Positions 47,267 through 59,380 of a stretch of DNA of 64,000 bases are shown piece after piece. Where the stretch lies: positions 231,355-295,354 of the forward strand of contig NC_134030.1 in the NCBI RefSeq assembly GCF_964204645.1, written 5' to 3'. The translations under genes were made by a program, and so were the position numbers. This DNA comes from Tubulanus polymorphus (taxonomy: Eukaryota > Animalia > Nemertea). Under the pieces are notes generated by a model. The model was not told where the DNA came from. It did not search any database and saw nothing but the letters and a program-made list of their open reading frames with translations. Numbering within the stretch: the first letter of the stretch is position 1; every line of letters begins with the position of its first letter.

Positions 47267-48484
47267 TCAGATTGTTTTATTTCTTACATATTTTATTTTA
47301 CAACAAAAACAATCAGTAAATAGTTTAATAAATTCTTTCCGGAAAACTTTCAATGTTCCGATGTAGATAAAGAAATTCACAAAGAACACACAGTCTCGAA
47401 ATGGTATCAGGAACCATTGTACGTCGGTCCATAAAGCAATAAGAAAGAAGCCTAAATGAGGTCTTGATCGGTCATAGGTGTCTATACCATAATCTCTTTT
47501 AAGCACTGGGAGTAAGGCGTATATTATATACTGAATGCTTTTAACTGCAGCATGCGGGAAAACTAGTAAAATATACACCATAACTACAACTAGAAGAGTT
47601 TTACTGGCTGCAGATTGATGACGATCTGTTCTCTTCGCTCTCATCTCAGATCTCTTATTGCGTAATGAAGCAGTTAACACTGATAATATTACAATCATTA
47701 AAGAAGGCAATATATCTTGTAAAGATGTTTTCCCAACTGTTATTGCTCGTGTCCGGGTTATGCTTGTAGCGATTAACTGATCACACCGAAAAAAGTCGTA
47801 TGTTTCGTTGTATCTTGGAATTTTATCGAAAGTAACGCGACTGCGCAAGATTAAAGAATCCAAGTTCATAAGATACGCCCAGAAGATGACGGAACCTACT
47901 CCAATTTTACGGCGAGTGACGGTGCAATGTTTCATGTGAAAGAAAGGAAAACGAATAGAAACAAATCTCTCAATAGCGATCACTAAAACTGTGTAGTTTG
48001 ATACAGATATTGCCTGGTTGTAGAATAGGGTCCGTAGCAAACACGTAGGAAACAGTTTATTGGGCAGATTACGGAAATAGTAATCGAAATCGTAAAGTGA
48101 TGGACATAGTTTCCTGTGTTTAGCGAATAGAAAATAACTGGCACATGCTCTACTATAAAATCCTAGACGATTAACAACGAACTCTCTCAAATGTAAAGGG
48201 AAACCCTTTACCTGAAACAAGACGACAAGTTGATCTGAAAACGCGATAGTTATCAGATAAGGGAACGTGTAACGAACTGACTGATATCTGCGACATTTTA
48301 TCAGTAAAATTATTGTCAGAAAGTTAAACACACTTCCCGGTGGAAGTAAGAAGAGAAAATTGATTGTGTTGCTAAATAAAGCAGCGAACTTTGCAAACCC
48401 CTTGAAAGCTAAGATGTATTCCGGTGTCTTCACAGTGGTGCGGTATATTCGAGTTGTAGTGACGATAGCGGTAAAATTGTCCAT
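47267..48484 (-). CDS. Class A GPCR, array copy 9 (subtype B)
   Basis: Same 7TM motifs; offset 2022 bp from copy 8. Confidence 0.9.
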   Translation of the reverse strand: MDNFTAIVTTTRIYRTTVKTPEYILAFKGFAKFAALFSNTINFLFLLPPGSVFNFLTIILLIKCRRYQSVRYTFPYLITIAFSDQLVVLFQVKGFPLHLREFVVNRLGFYSRACASYFLFAKHRKLCPSLYDFDYYFRNLPNKLFPTCLLRTLFYNQAISVSNYTVLVIAIERFVSIRFPFFHMKHCTVTRRKIGVGSVIFWAYLMNLDSLILRSRVTFDKIPRYNETYDFFRCDQLIATSITRTRAITVGKTSLQDILPSLMIVILSVLTASLRNKRSEMRAKRTDRHQSAASKTLLVVVMVYILLVFPHAAVKSIQYIIYALLPVLKRDYGIDTYDRSRPHLGFFLIALWTDVQWFLIPFRDCVFFVNFFIYIGTLKVFRKEFIKLFTDCFCCKIKYVRNKTI

Positions 48485-49962
48485 GACAAGAACAGAACAG
48501 TTTGACGTGACAATCTGTGTAGTGACTGCTTCCCTCACATTGTGGGTTACAGCCGCGGAACCACGATTTCAAAATACTTCCATCAAACTCCTGCTACAGA
48601 ACACACTATAATCATCTGAAGATTTTACACGCTCTGTTGAAATTACTACTCACACGATTCGCTCTGAGAGTTTACTAAAAATCCATCTGAAATAATCTAA
48701 GTTTCATATGAAAATTCGCAGCAGTTTTAGACTCGAGTTTATATACAGACAACTGTAGAACCATAAAGTTTGAATTTCGTGAATACAGGTCTCTGTGGTA
48801 ACATGTGAGGCGTGAAAACTAATATATACCAGTATTACATATACCAGCACTGATACACTTCAAGTTCCATTGAGACACAAGAGGCGAAATGCAACAAACA
48901 GCATTTGGAAAATTTACTTATTTCCGATTATGTATTTATTGATTCAACCTTCTGTACATAGACAACAGGGAGCAGTTTCACCAAATAGTTTAAGCCTAAA
49001 TCGGTTAAGTTTGAATTGTTGTCTTCATTGAAAACATGAAGTAACCAATGGCGGCAATTACACCAAAAATTTGAGTTAAATTTGTTTGGGAAACTGGGCC
49101 CTGCAGGAAGTTACTGTCAGTACTATTAGATCGATGAGACATATTTAACGACCATACGACATACATCCCGCCCGATCTACAATCGTTACCCCCACCGTCC
49201 TTGAAGTGGTGCTTGTATACCACAATGCTGATGGGATAGCAGGAGTTTCTGCGTCTCAGCAAAAAACTCAACAATTCATCGTTATCTCTCTGTACATAAA
49301 TGTTTATAACTTTACTTTCTTTGAACGAATTTGTTTTGTAAAACTGTTATACAACGTATTTGAATGATTCAATTGCACACCCCAAGCGCCCCAGCCCCTT
49401 ACACCCCCCCCCCCCCCCCACTTACACCCCCCCCCCGAGTGGAATACGAACTGTATATCTGTGGACTGAGCATTTACTGTGTATTTACTATAAATACAAT
49501 TTCCTTATTCTCCTGCGGAATATGACTTAAGGCCGAGACCGACGTTTTTGGTTTGGCCAAACAGGCTCGGGCCCATTCGGCACCTGTCTGAACAGGGCCA
49601 AATTTGGCACGGACCAAAAATGCTCTCGTGTGATCGGGGCTATGGGTGGAAATCATACACGGATAGTGATTTCTGTTAGTGGAATCGGTGGAGTATTTAT
49701 ATCAGGGAAGTGACGTCACAGCTTAGCTCCTTACGGCTATTGTTGGAATTAACATTTGTGGAGATTAAATCACCTAAATAAACATTAATTCTATTTATAG
49801 TTTCGAAAGCATTGAATTTCCGTAGAAATTAATGAACTACAATTTAATCCAACTTTAAAGGAGTCACGTGGAGTAATCAATATTTCAGTCCCCTGTATAA
49901 ATAGTTCACTGTTGAAATTCAGGTTCAGGAATTTCGAAAATGAAAATGAATTCCCGGACCAA

Positions 49963-51234
49963 TCACACAGATTCGGGTTCTTTGAAGTTTATACGACAGA
50001 TTGTGTTCCCTATTTTACAACAAAAACAATCAGTAAATAGTTTGATAAATTCTTTCCGGAAAACTTTCAATGTTCCGATGTAAATAAAGAAATTCATGCA
50101 GAAAACGAAATGTCGAAACGTTCGCAGGAAAATGTCTAAACCATACCATAAAATTTTGAGAAAGAATCGATTATGATGATCTGTTAAACTGTTTGTAAAA
50201 CTGTTTGTTAAATAGGATAGCATCCACATTGCATAATTTCTATAAAGCGAGTATCCAATGACGTGCGCTAAGTTTTGGATACAATTACATGCTGCGTGCG
50301 GCAAAACTAGTAAAATATACACAATAACTACAACAAGAAGAGTTTTACTGGCTGAAGATTGATGACGATCTGTTCTCTTCGCTCTCATCTCAGATCTCTT
50401 ATTGCGTAATGAAGCAGTTAACACTGATAATATTACAATCATTAAAGATGGAAATATATCTTGTAAAAATGTTTTTACAGCGTCTATTGCTTGTATCAGG
50501 GACCCATTGGAAATATAGATTGACTGTTCACACACAAAAGAATCAAAGATTTCTTTATATCTGCGATGTTTGTGGAGATTAACACGACTGCGCATGATTA
50601 CTGAATCCAAGTTCATAAAATACGCCCAGAAGATGACAAAAACTACTGCAATTTTACGGCGAGTGACGGTGAAATGTTTCATGTGAAAGAAAGGAAAACG
50701 AATAGAAACAAATCTCTCGATAGCGATCACTATAACTGTGTAGTTTGATACAGATATTGCCTGGTTATAAAATAGGTTTGAAAATATACACGCAGGAAAC
50801 ACTCGTCTGGGCAGATAATAGAAATAGTAATTGAAATAGTAAAGTGATGGACATAGTTTACTGTGTTTAGCGAATGTCAGATAAACACTGCGACATTCTC
50901 TATAAAATCCTAGATTATTAACTACAAACATGTTCAAATAATTGGGGAATTTTTCCAATTCAAACAAGACGACAAGTTGATCTGAAAACGCGATAGTTAT
51001 CAGATAAGGGAACGTGTAACGAACTGACTGATAACTGCGACATTTTATCAGTAAAATTATGGTCAGAAAGTTGAACACACTTCCCGGTGGAAACAAGAAG
51101 ACACATCTGAATATATCGTTATATCTGATCATGAAGTTAGTAAATCTTCTGAAAGCTATGATATAATCCGGTGTCTTCACAGTGGTCCAGTGTATTCTAC
51201 GAGTTGTGGTGGCTATAGCGGTGAAATTATCCAT
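49963..51234 (-). CDS. Class A GPCR, array copy 10 (subtype C)
   Basis: Near-identical to copies 6 and 15. Confidence 0.9.
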   Translation of the reverse strand: MDNFTAIATTTRRIHWTTVKTPDYIIAFRRFTNFMIRYNDIFRCVFLFPPGSVFNFLTIILLIKCRSYQSVRYTFPYLITIAFSDQLVVLFELEKFPNYLNMFVVNNLGFYRECRSVYLTFAKHSKLCPSLYYFNYYFYYLPRRVFPACIFSNLFYNQAISVSNYTVIVIAIERFVSIRFPFFHMKHFTVTRRKIAVVFVIFWAYFMNLDSVIMRSRVNLHKHRRYKEIFDSFVCEQSIYISNGSLIQAIDAVKTFLQDIFPSLMIVILSVLTASLRNKRSEMRAKRTDRHQSSASKTLLVVVIVYILLVLPHAACNCIQNLAHVIGYSLYRNYAMWMLSYLTNSFTNSLTDHHNRFFLKILWYGLDIFLRTFRHFVFCMNFFIYIGTLKVFRKEFIKLFTDCFCCKIGNTICRINFKEPESV

Positions 51235-52578
51235 GACAAGAACAGAACTGTTTGACGCGACAATCTGTGTGTAGTTAGCGACTTCCCTCAAATTATAGGT
51301 TCAGCGGTATCACAATTTCAAAATACTCCCATCAAACTCCTGCTACAGAACACACTATAATCATCTAAACATTTCACACGCTCTGTTGAAATTACTACTC
51401 ACACGATTCGCTCTGAGAGTTTACTAAAAATCCATCTGAAATAATCTAAGTTTCATATGAAAATTCGCAGCAGTTTTAGACTAGAGTTTATATACAGACA
51501 ACTGTAGAACCATAAAGTTTGAATTTCGTGAATACAGGTCTCTGTGGTAACATGTGAGGCGTGAAAACTAATATATACCAGTATTACATATACCAGCACT
51601 GATACACTTCAAGTTCCATTGAGACACAAGAGGCGAAATGCAACAAACAGCATTTGGAAAATTTACTTATTTCCGATTATGTATTTATTGATTCAACCTT
51701 CTGTACATAGACAACAGGAAGCAGTTTCACCAAATAGTTTAAGCCTAAAACGGTTAAGTTTGAATTGTTGTCCTCATTGAAAACATGAAGTAACCAATGG
51801 CGGTTAAACCAAAAATTTGAGTTTAACTTGTTTGTGAAACTGGGCCCTGTAGGAAGTTACTGTCAGTACTATCAGATCGATGAGACATATTTAACGACCA
51901 TACGACATACATCGCGCCCGATCTACAATCGTTACCCCCACCGTCCTTGAAGTGTTGCTTGTATACCACAATGCTGATGGGATAGCAGGAGTTTCTGCGT
52001 CTCAGCAAAAAACTCAACAATTCATCGTTATCTCTCTGTACATAAATGTTTATAACTTTACTTTCTTTGAACGAATTTGTTTTGTAAAACTGTTATACAA
52101 CGTATTTGAATGATTCAATTGCACACCCCAAGCGCCCCAGCCCCTTACCCCCCCCCCCCCTTACACCCCCAGAGTCGAATACGAACTGTGTCTCTGTGGA
52201 CTGGGCATTTACTGAGTATTTACTATAAATACAATTTCCTTGTTCTCCTGCAGAATATGACTTAAGGCCGAGACCGACGTTTTTGGTTGGGCCAAACAGG
52301 CTCGGGCCCATTCGGCACCTGTCTGAACAGGGCCAAATTTGGCACGGACCAAAAATGCTCTCGTGTGATCGGGGCTATGGGTGGAAATCATACAAGGATA
52401 GTGATTTCTGTTAGTGGAATCGGTGGAGTATTTATATCAGGGAAGTGACGTCACAGCTTGGCTCCTTGCGGCTATTGTTGGAATTAACATTTGTGGAGAT
52501 TAAATCACCTACATAAACATTAATTCTATTTTTTATTTCGAAAGCATTGAATTTCCGTAGAAATTAATGGACTACAAT

Positions 52579-53832
52579 TTAATCCAACTCTTTGAAGTTT
52601 ATACGACGGATCATCTTCCTTATCTTACAACAAAAACAATCAGTAAATAGTTTAATAAATTCTTTCTGGAAAACTTTCAATGTTCCGATGTAAATAAAGA
52701 AATTCACGAAGAACACAAATTGTCGAAATGTTACCAGAAATTGGTCTAAACCAAACCATAAAGTATTGATAAAGAATCGTTTATGATGATCTGTTAAACT
52801 GGATGTTGTTATCAAAATGAGCCACATTGCATAATTTCTATAAAGCAATCTTCCAATAACGTATGTAAAACTGTAGATACAATAAACTACAGCATGCGGT
52901 AAAACTAGTAAAACATACACAATAACTACAACTAGAAGAGTTTTACTGGCTGAAGATTGATGACGATCTGTTCTCTTCGCTCTCATCTCAGATCTCTTAT
53001 TGCGTAATGAAGCAGTTAACACTGATAATATTACAATCATTATAGAAGGAAATATATCTTGTAAAAATGTTTTACCAGCAGCTATCGCTTGTGCCTGGGA
53101 CTGATGCGAATAAGAGATTGACTGTTTACACTTAAAATTGTTAAATGTTTCGTTGTATCTGCGAAATTTACCGAGATACACACGACTGCGCATGATTGCT
53201 GAATCCAAGTTCATAAAATACGCCCAGAAGATGACAAAACCTACTGCAATTTTACGGCGAGTGACGGTGAAATGTTTCATGTGAAAGAAAGGAAAACGAA
53301 TAGAAACAAATCTCTCGATAGCGATCACTATAACTGTGTAGTTTGATACAGATTTTGCCTGGTTATAAAATAGGTTCCGAAATATACACGCAGGAAACAC
53401 TTGTCTGGGCAGATAATAGAAATAGTAATAGAAATAGTAAAGTGATGGACATAGTTTACTGTGTTTAGCGAATGTCAGGTAACTAACGTAACATTCTCTA
53501 TAAAATCCTAGACGAGTAGTTACAAACCTTTTCAAATAATTGGGGAAACTCTGTAACTCAAACAAGACGACAAGTTGATCTGAAAACGCGATAGTTATCA
53601 GATAGGGGAACGTGTAACGAACTGACTGATATCTGCGACACTTTATCAGTAAAATTATTGTCAGAAAGTTAAACACACTTCCCGGCGGAAGCAAGAACAC
53701 ATTTCTGAATATGCTGTTATATCTGATAATGAAGTCAGTAAATCTCTTGAAAGCTATGATATAATCCGGTGTCTTCACAGGAGTCCAGTGTATTCTACGA
53801 GTTGTGGTGACGATAGCGGTAAAATTATCCAT
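52579..53832 (-). CDS. Class A GPCR, array copy 11 (subtype D)
   Basis: Intact 417-aa ORF from MDNFT; C-end altered by a 3' deletion. Confidence 0.9.
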   Translation of the reverse strand: MDNFTAIVTTTRRIHWTPVKTPDYIIAFKRFTDFIIRYNSIFRNVFLLPPGSVFNFLTIILLIKCRRYQSVRYTFPYLITIAFSDQLVVLFELQSFPNYLKRFVTTRLGFYRECYVSYLTFAKHSKLCPSLYYFYYYFYYLPRQVFPACIFRNLFYNQAKSVSNYTVIVIAIERFVSIRFPFFHMKHFTVTRRKIAVGFVIFWAYFMNLDSAIMRSRVYLGKFRRYNETFNNFKCKQSISYSHQSQAQAIAAGKTFLQDIFPSIMIVILSVLTASLRNKRSEMRAKRTDRHQSSASKTLLVVVIVYVLLVLPHAVVYCIYSFTYVIGRLLYRNYAMWLILITTSSLTDHHKRFFINTLWFGLDQFLVTFRQFVFFVNFFIYIGTLKVFQKEFIKLFTDCFCCKIRKMIRRINFKELD

Positions 53833-54635
53833 GACAAGAACAGAACTGTTTGATGCGACAATCTGTGTAGGTCGCGGCTTCCCTCAAATGATAGGTTCAG
53901 CGGAACCACGATTTCAAAATGCTTCCATCAAACTCCTGCTACAGAACACACTATAATCATCTGAAGTTTTCACACGCTCTGTTGAAATTACTACTCACAC
54001 GATTCGCTTTGCTGTAGAACACCAACTGAACTTTGGTATGCAGGCATGGAAACATATTGTTAAACTGTCAAATCACGGAGTCTCTTTCTCTCATGAACCC
54101 CTTTCAATGAAGACTTATTGGATATCCTTCAATAAAGTGAAGAATGGATTAAAAAACAATGATTTTGGCCAAAGAGTCCTTTTTGGTCCTAATACGACTT
54201 CTGAAATAGACATTAGTTTTTCTAGTTTTCATTAACGTAGTTAGATTGGTGCTCGAATCCGTACGGGACACCGCTTTACAAGCATTCAGACGCTTATGTT
54301 TGTAACTTATGTTGTAATTATATATTATTCAAACTGCATATATACATGGTGATATAAATATTACAAATAAATCTACGGTCATCATGAACGACGATCACGC
54401 GGACACGATTTGGCCCGGGCCAAATTGGCGCGGATCAGACTAGAGCCAAATTATGGTCCGTGCCGAATTAGAGAGCGCGTTCACACGTAAACCACTCACG
54501 ATATAAATAGCGATATGACCGATATGAGACCCGCAATATCGAACTCGCGCCCTTAATTCGGAACCCCTCGAGGAATGAAATAAAAATCTACGGACCACAA
54601 TTTAATCCGGGTTCTTTAAAAGGAACATTTATCCG

Positions 54636-55853
54636 TCAGATTGTTTTATTTCTTACATATTTTATTTTACAACAAAAACAATCAGTAAATAGTTTAATAA
54701 ATTCTTTCCGGAAAACTTTCAATGTTCTGATGTAGATAAATAAATTCACGCAGAACACAAATTGTCGAAATGGTATCAAGAACCATTGTACGTCGGTCCA
54801 TAAAGCAATAAGAAAGAAGCCTAAATGAGGTCTTGATCGGTCATAGGTGTCTATACCATAATCTCTTTTAAGCACTGGGAGTAAGGCGTATATTGTATAC
54901 TGAATGCTTTTAACTGCAGCATGCGGGAAAACTAGTAAAACATACACCATAACTATAACTAGTAGAGTTTTACTGGCTGAAGATTGATGACGATCTGTTC
55001 TCTTCGCTCTCATCTCAGATCTCTTATTGCGTAATGAAGCAGTTAACACTGATAATATTACAATCATTAAAGAAGGCAATATATCTTGTAAAGATGTTTT
55101 CCCAACTGTTATTGCTCGTGTCCGGGTTATGCTCGTAGCGATTAACTGATCACACCGAAAAAAGTCGTATGTTTCGTTGTATCTTGGAATTTTATCGAAA
55201 GTAACGCGACTGCGCAAGATTAAAGAATCCAAGTTCATAAGATACGCCCAGAAGATCACGGAACCTACTGCAATTTTACGCCGAGTGACGGTGCAATGTT
55301 TCATGTGAAAGAAAGGAAAACGAATAGAAACAAATCTCTCGATAGCGATCACTAAAACTGTGTAGTTTGATACAGATATTGCCTGGTTGTAGAATAGGGT
55401 CCGTAGCAAACACGTAGGAAACAGTTTATTGGGCAGATGCCGGAAATAGTAATTGAAATCGTAAAGTGATGGACATAGTTTCCTGTGTTTAGCGAATAGA
55501 AAATAACTGGCACATGCTCTACTATAAAATCCTAGACGATAAACAACGAACTCTCTCAAATGTAAAGGGAAACCCTTTACCTGAAACAAGACGACAAGTT
55601 GATCTGAAAACGCGATAGTTATGAGATAGGGGAACGTGTAACGAACTGACTGATAACTGCGACACTTTATCAGTAAGATTATTGTCAGAAAGTTAAACAC
55701 ACTTCCCGGTGGAAGTAAGAAGAGATAATTGATTGTGTTGCTAAATAAAACACCGAACTTTGCAAACCCTTTGAAAGCTATGATATATCCCGGTGTCTTC
55801 ACAGTGGTGCGGTATATTCGAGTTGTGGTGACGATAGCGGTAAAATTATCCAT
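54636..55853 (-). CDS. Class A GPCR, array copy 12 (subtype B)
   Basis: Same 7TM motifs; intact ORF. Confidence 0.9.
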   Translation of the reverse strand: MDNFTAIVTTTRIYRTTVKTPGYIIAFKGFAKFGVLFSNTINYLFLLPPGSVFNFLTIILLIKCRSYQSVRYTFPYLITIAFSDQLVVLFQVKGFPLHLREFVVYRLGFYSRACASYFLFAKHRKLCPSLYDFNYYFRHLPNKLFPTCLLRTLFYNQAISVSNYTVLVIAIERFVSIRFPFFHMKHCTVTRRKIAVGSVIFWAYLMNLDSLILRSRVTFDKIPRYNETYDFFRCDQLIATSITRTRAITVGKTSLQDILPSLMIVILSVLTASLRNKRSEMRAKRTDRHQSSASKTLLVIVMVYVLLVFPHAAVKSIQYTIYALLPVLKRDYGIDTYDRSRPHLGFFLIALWTDVQWFLIPFRQFVFCVNLFIYIRTLKVFRKEFIKLFTDCFCCKIKYVRNKTI

Positions 55854-57317
55854 GACAAGAACAGAACAGTTTGACGCGACAATCTGTGTAGTAACTGCGT
55901 CCCTCACATTGTGGGTTACAGCCGCGGTACCACGATTTCAAAATACTTCCATCAAACTCCTGCTACAGAACACACTATAATCATCTGAAGATTTCACACG
56001 CTCTGTTGAAATTACTACTCACACGATTCGCTCTGAGAGTTTACTAAAAATCCATCTGAAATAATCTAAGTTTCATATGAAAATTCGCAGCAGTTTTAGA
56101 CTCGAGTTTATATACAGACAACTGTAGAACCACAAAGTTTGAATTTCGTGAATACAGGTCTCTGTGGTAACACGCGAGGCGTAAAAACTAATATATACTA
56201 GTATTACATATACCAGCACTGATACACTTCCAGTTCCATTGAGACACAAGAGGCGAAATGCAACAAACAGCATTTGGAAAATTTACTTATTTCCGATTAT
56301 GTATTTATTGATTCAACCTTCTGTACATAGACTACAGGGAGCAGTTTCACCAAATAGTTTAAGCTTAAATCAGTTAAGTTTGAATTGTTGTCCTCATTGA
56401 AAACATGAAGTAACCAATGGCGGCAATTACACCTAAAATTTGAGTTAAACTTGTTTGTGAAACTGGGCCCTGTAGGAAGTTACTGTCAGTACTATCAGAT
56501 CGATGAGACATATTTAACGACCATACGACATACATCGCGCCCGATCTACAATCGTTACCCCCACCGTCCTTGAAGTGGTGCTTGTATACCACAATGCTGA
56601 TGAGATAGCAGGAGTTTCTGCGTCTCAACAAAAAACTCAACAATTCACCATTATCTCTCTGTACATAAATGTTTATAACTTTATTTTCATTGAACGAATT
56701 TGTTTTTGTAAAAATGTTTTACAACATATTTGAATGATTCAATTGCATCTCTGCAATGACTAGATTTTACACCCCAGCACCTCCCCCCCCCCTTACACCC
56801 CCCGAGTGGAATACGAACTGTATATCTGTGGACTGAGCATTTACTGAGTATTTACTATAAATACAATTTCCTTATTCTCCTGCAGAATATGACTTAAGGC
56901 CTTGTCCGACGTTTTTGGTTGGGCCAAACAGGCTCGGGCCCATTCGGCACATGTCTGAACAGGGCCAAATTTGGCACGGACCAAAAATGCTCTCGTGTGA
57001 TCGGGGCTATGGGTGGAAATCATACACGGATAGTGATTTCTGTTAGTGGAATCGGTGGAGTATTTATATCAGGGAAGTGACGTCACAGCTTAGCTCCTTG
57101 CGGCTATTGTTGGAATTAACATTTGTGGAGATTAAATCACCTACATAAACATTAATTCTATTTATTATTTCGAAAGCATTGAATTTCCGTAGAAATTAAT
57201 GGACTACAATTTAATCCAACTTTAAAGGAGTCACGTGGAGTAATCAATATTTCAGTCCCCTGTATAAATAGTTCACTGATGAAATCCAGGTTCAGGAATT
57301 TCGAAAATGAAAATGAA

Positions 57318-58577
57318 TCACACAGATTCGGGTTCTTTGAAGTTTATACGACAGATTATGTTCCTTATCTTACAACAAAAACAGTCAGTAAATAGTTTAA
57401 TAAATTCTTTCCGGAAAACTTTTAATGTTCCGATGTAAATAAAGAAATTCACGAAGAACACAAATTGTCGAAATGTTACCAGAAATTGGTATAAACCAAA
57501 CCATAAAGTATTGATAAAGAATCGTTTATGATGATCTGTTAAACTGGATGTTGTTATCAAAATGAGCCACATTGCATAATTTCTATAAAGCAATCTTCCA
57601 ATAACGTATGTAAAACTGTAGATACAATAAACTACAGCATGCGGTAAAACTAGTAAAACATACACAATAACTACAACAAGAAGAGTTTTACTGGCTGAAG
57701 ATTGATGACGATCTGTTCTCTTCGCTCTCATCTCAGATCTCTTATTGCGTAATGAAGCAGTTAACACTGATAATATTACAATCATTATAGAAGGAAATAT
57801 ATCTTGTAAAAATGTTTTACCAGCAGCTATCGCTTGTGCCTGGGACTGATGCGAATAAGAGATTGACTGTTCACACTTAAAATTGTTAAATGTTTCGTTG
57901 TATCTGCGAAATTTACCGAGATACACACGACTGCGCATGATTGCTGAATCCAAGTTCATAAAATACGCCCAGAAGATGACAAAACCTACTGCAATTTTAC
58001 GGCGAGTGACGGTGAAATGTTTCATGTGAAAGAAAGGAAAACGAATAGAAACAAATCTCTCGATAGCGATCACTATAACTGTGTAGTTTGATACAGATTT
58101 TGCCTGGTTATAAAATAGGTTCCGAAATATACACGAAGGAAACACTTGTCTGGGCAGATAATAGAAATAGTAATAGAAATAGTAAAGTGATGGACATAGT
58201 TTACTGTGTTTAGCGAATGTCAGATAACCACTGAGACATTCTCTATAAAATCCTAGACGAGTAGTAACAAACCTTTTCAAATAATTGGGGAAACTCTGTA
58301 ACTCAAACAAGACGACAAGTTGATCTGAAAACGCGATAGTTATCAGATAAGGGAACGTGTAACGAACTGACTGATAACTGCGACATTTTATCAGTAAAAT
58401 TATTGTCAGAAAGTTAAACACACTTCCCGGCGGAAGCAAGAACACATTTCTGAATATGCTGTTATATCTGATAATGAAGTCAGTAAATCTCTTGAAAGCT
58501 ATGATATAATCCGGTGTCTTCACAGGAGTCCAGTGTATTCTACGAGTCGTGGTGACGAAAGCGGTAAAATTATCCAT
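57318..58577 (-). CDS. Class A GPCR, array copy 13 (subtype D)
   Basis: Intact 419-aa ORF; near-identical to copy 11. Confidence 0.9.
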   Translation of the reverse strand: MDNFTAFVTTTRRIHWTPVKTPDYIIAFKRFTDFIIRYNSIFRNVFLLPPGSVFNFLTIILLIKCRSYQSVRYTFPYLITIAFSDQLVVLFELQSFPNYLKRFVTTRLGFYRECLSGYLTFAKHSKLCPSLYYFYYYFYYLPRQVFPSCIFRNLFYNQAKSVSNYTVIVIAIERFVSIRFPFFHMKHFTVTRRKIAVGFVIFWAYFMNLDSAIMRSRVYLGKFRRYNETFNNFKCEQSISYSHQSQAQAIAAGKTFLQDIFPSIMIVILSVLTASLRNKRSEMRAKRTDRHQSSASKTLLVVVIVYVLLVLPHAVVYCIYSFTYVIGRLLYRNYAMWLILITTSSLTDHHKRFFINTLWFGLYQFLVTFRQFVFFVNFFIYIGTLKVFRKEFIKLFTDCFCCKIRNIICRINFKEPESV

Positions 58578-59380
58578 GACAAGAACAGAACTGTTTGATG
58601 CGACAATCTGTGTAGGTCGCGGCTTCCCTCAAATTATAGGTTCAGCGGTACCACGATTTCAAAATGCTTCCATCAAACTCCTGCTACAGAACACACTATA
58701 ATCATCTGAAGTTTTCACACGCTCTGTTGAAATTACTACTCACACGATTCGCTCTGCTGTAGAACACCAACTGAACTTTGGTATGTAGGCATGGAAACAT
58801 ATTGTTAAACTGTCAAATCATGGAGTCTCTTTCTCTCATGAACCCCTTTCAATGAAGACTTATTGGATATCCTTCAATAAAGTGAAGAATGGATTAAAAA
58901 ACAATGATTTTAGCCAAAGAGTCCTTTTTGGTCCTAATACGACTTCTGAAATAGACATTAGTTTATCTAGTTTTCATTAACGTAGTTAGATTGGTGCTCG
59001 AATCCGTACGGGACACCGCTTTACAAGCATTCAGACGCTTATGTTTGTAACTTATGTTGTAATTATATATTATTCAAACTGCATATATACATGGTGATAT
59101 AAATATTACAAATAAATCTACGGTCATCATGAACGACGATCACGCGGACACGATTTGGCCCGGGCCAAATTGGCGCTGATCAGACTAGAGCCAAATTATG
59201 GTCCGTGCCGAATTAGAGAGCGCGTTCACACGTAAACCACTCACGATATAAATAGCGATATGACCGATATGAGACCCGCAATATCGAACTCGCGCCCTTA
59301 ATTCGGAACCCCTCGAGGAATAGATTAAAAATCTACGGACCACAATTCAATCCGGGTTCTTTAAAAGGAACATTTATCCG

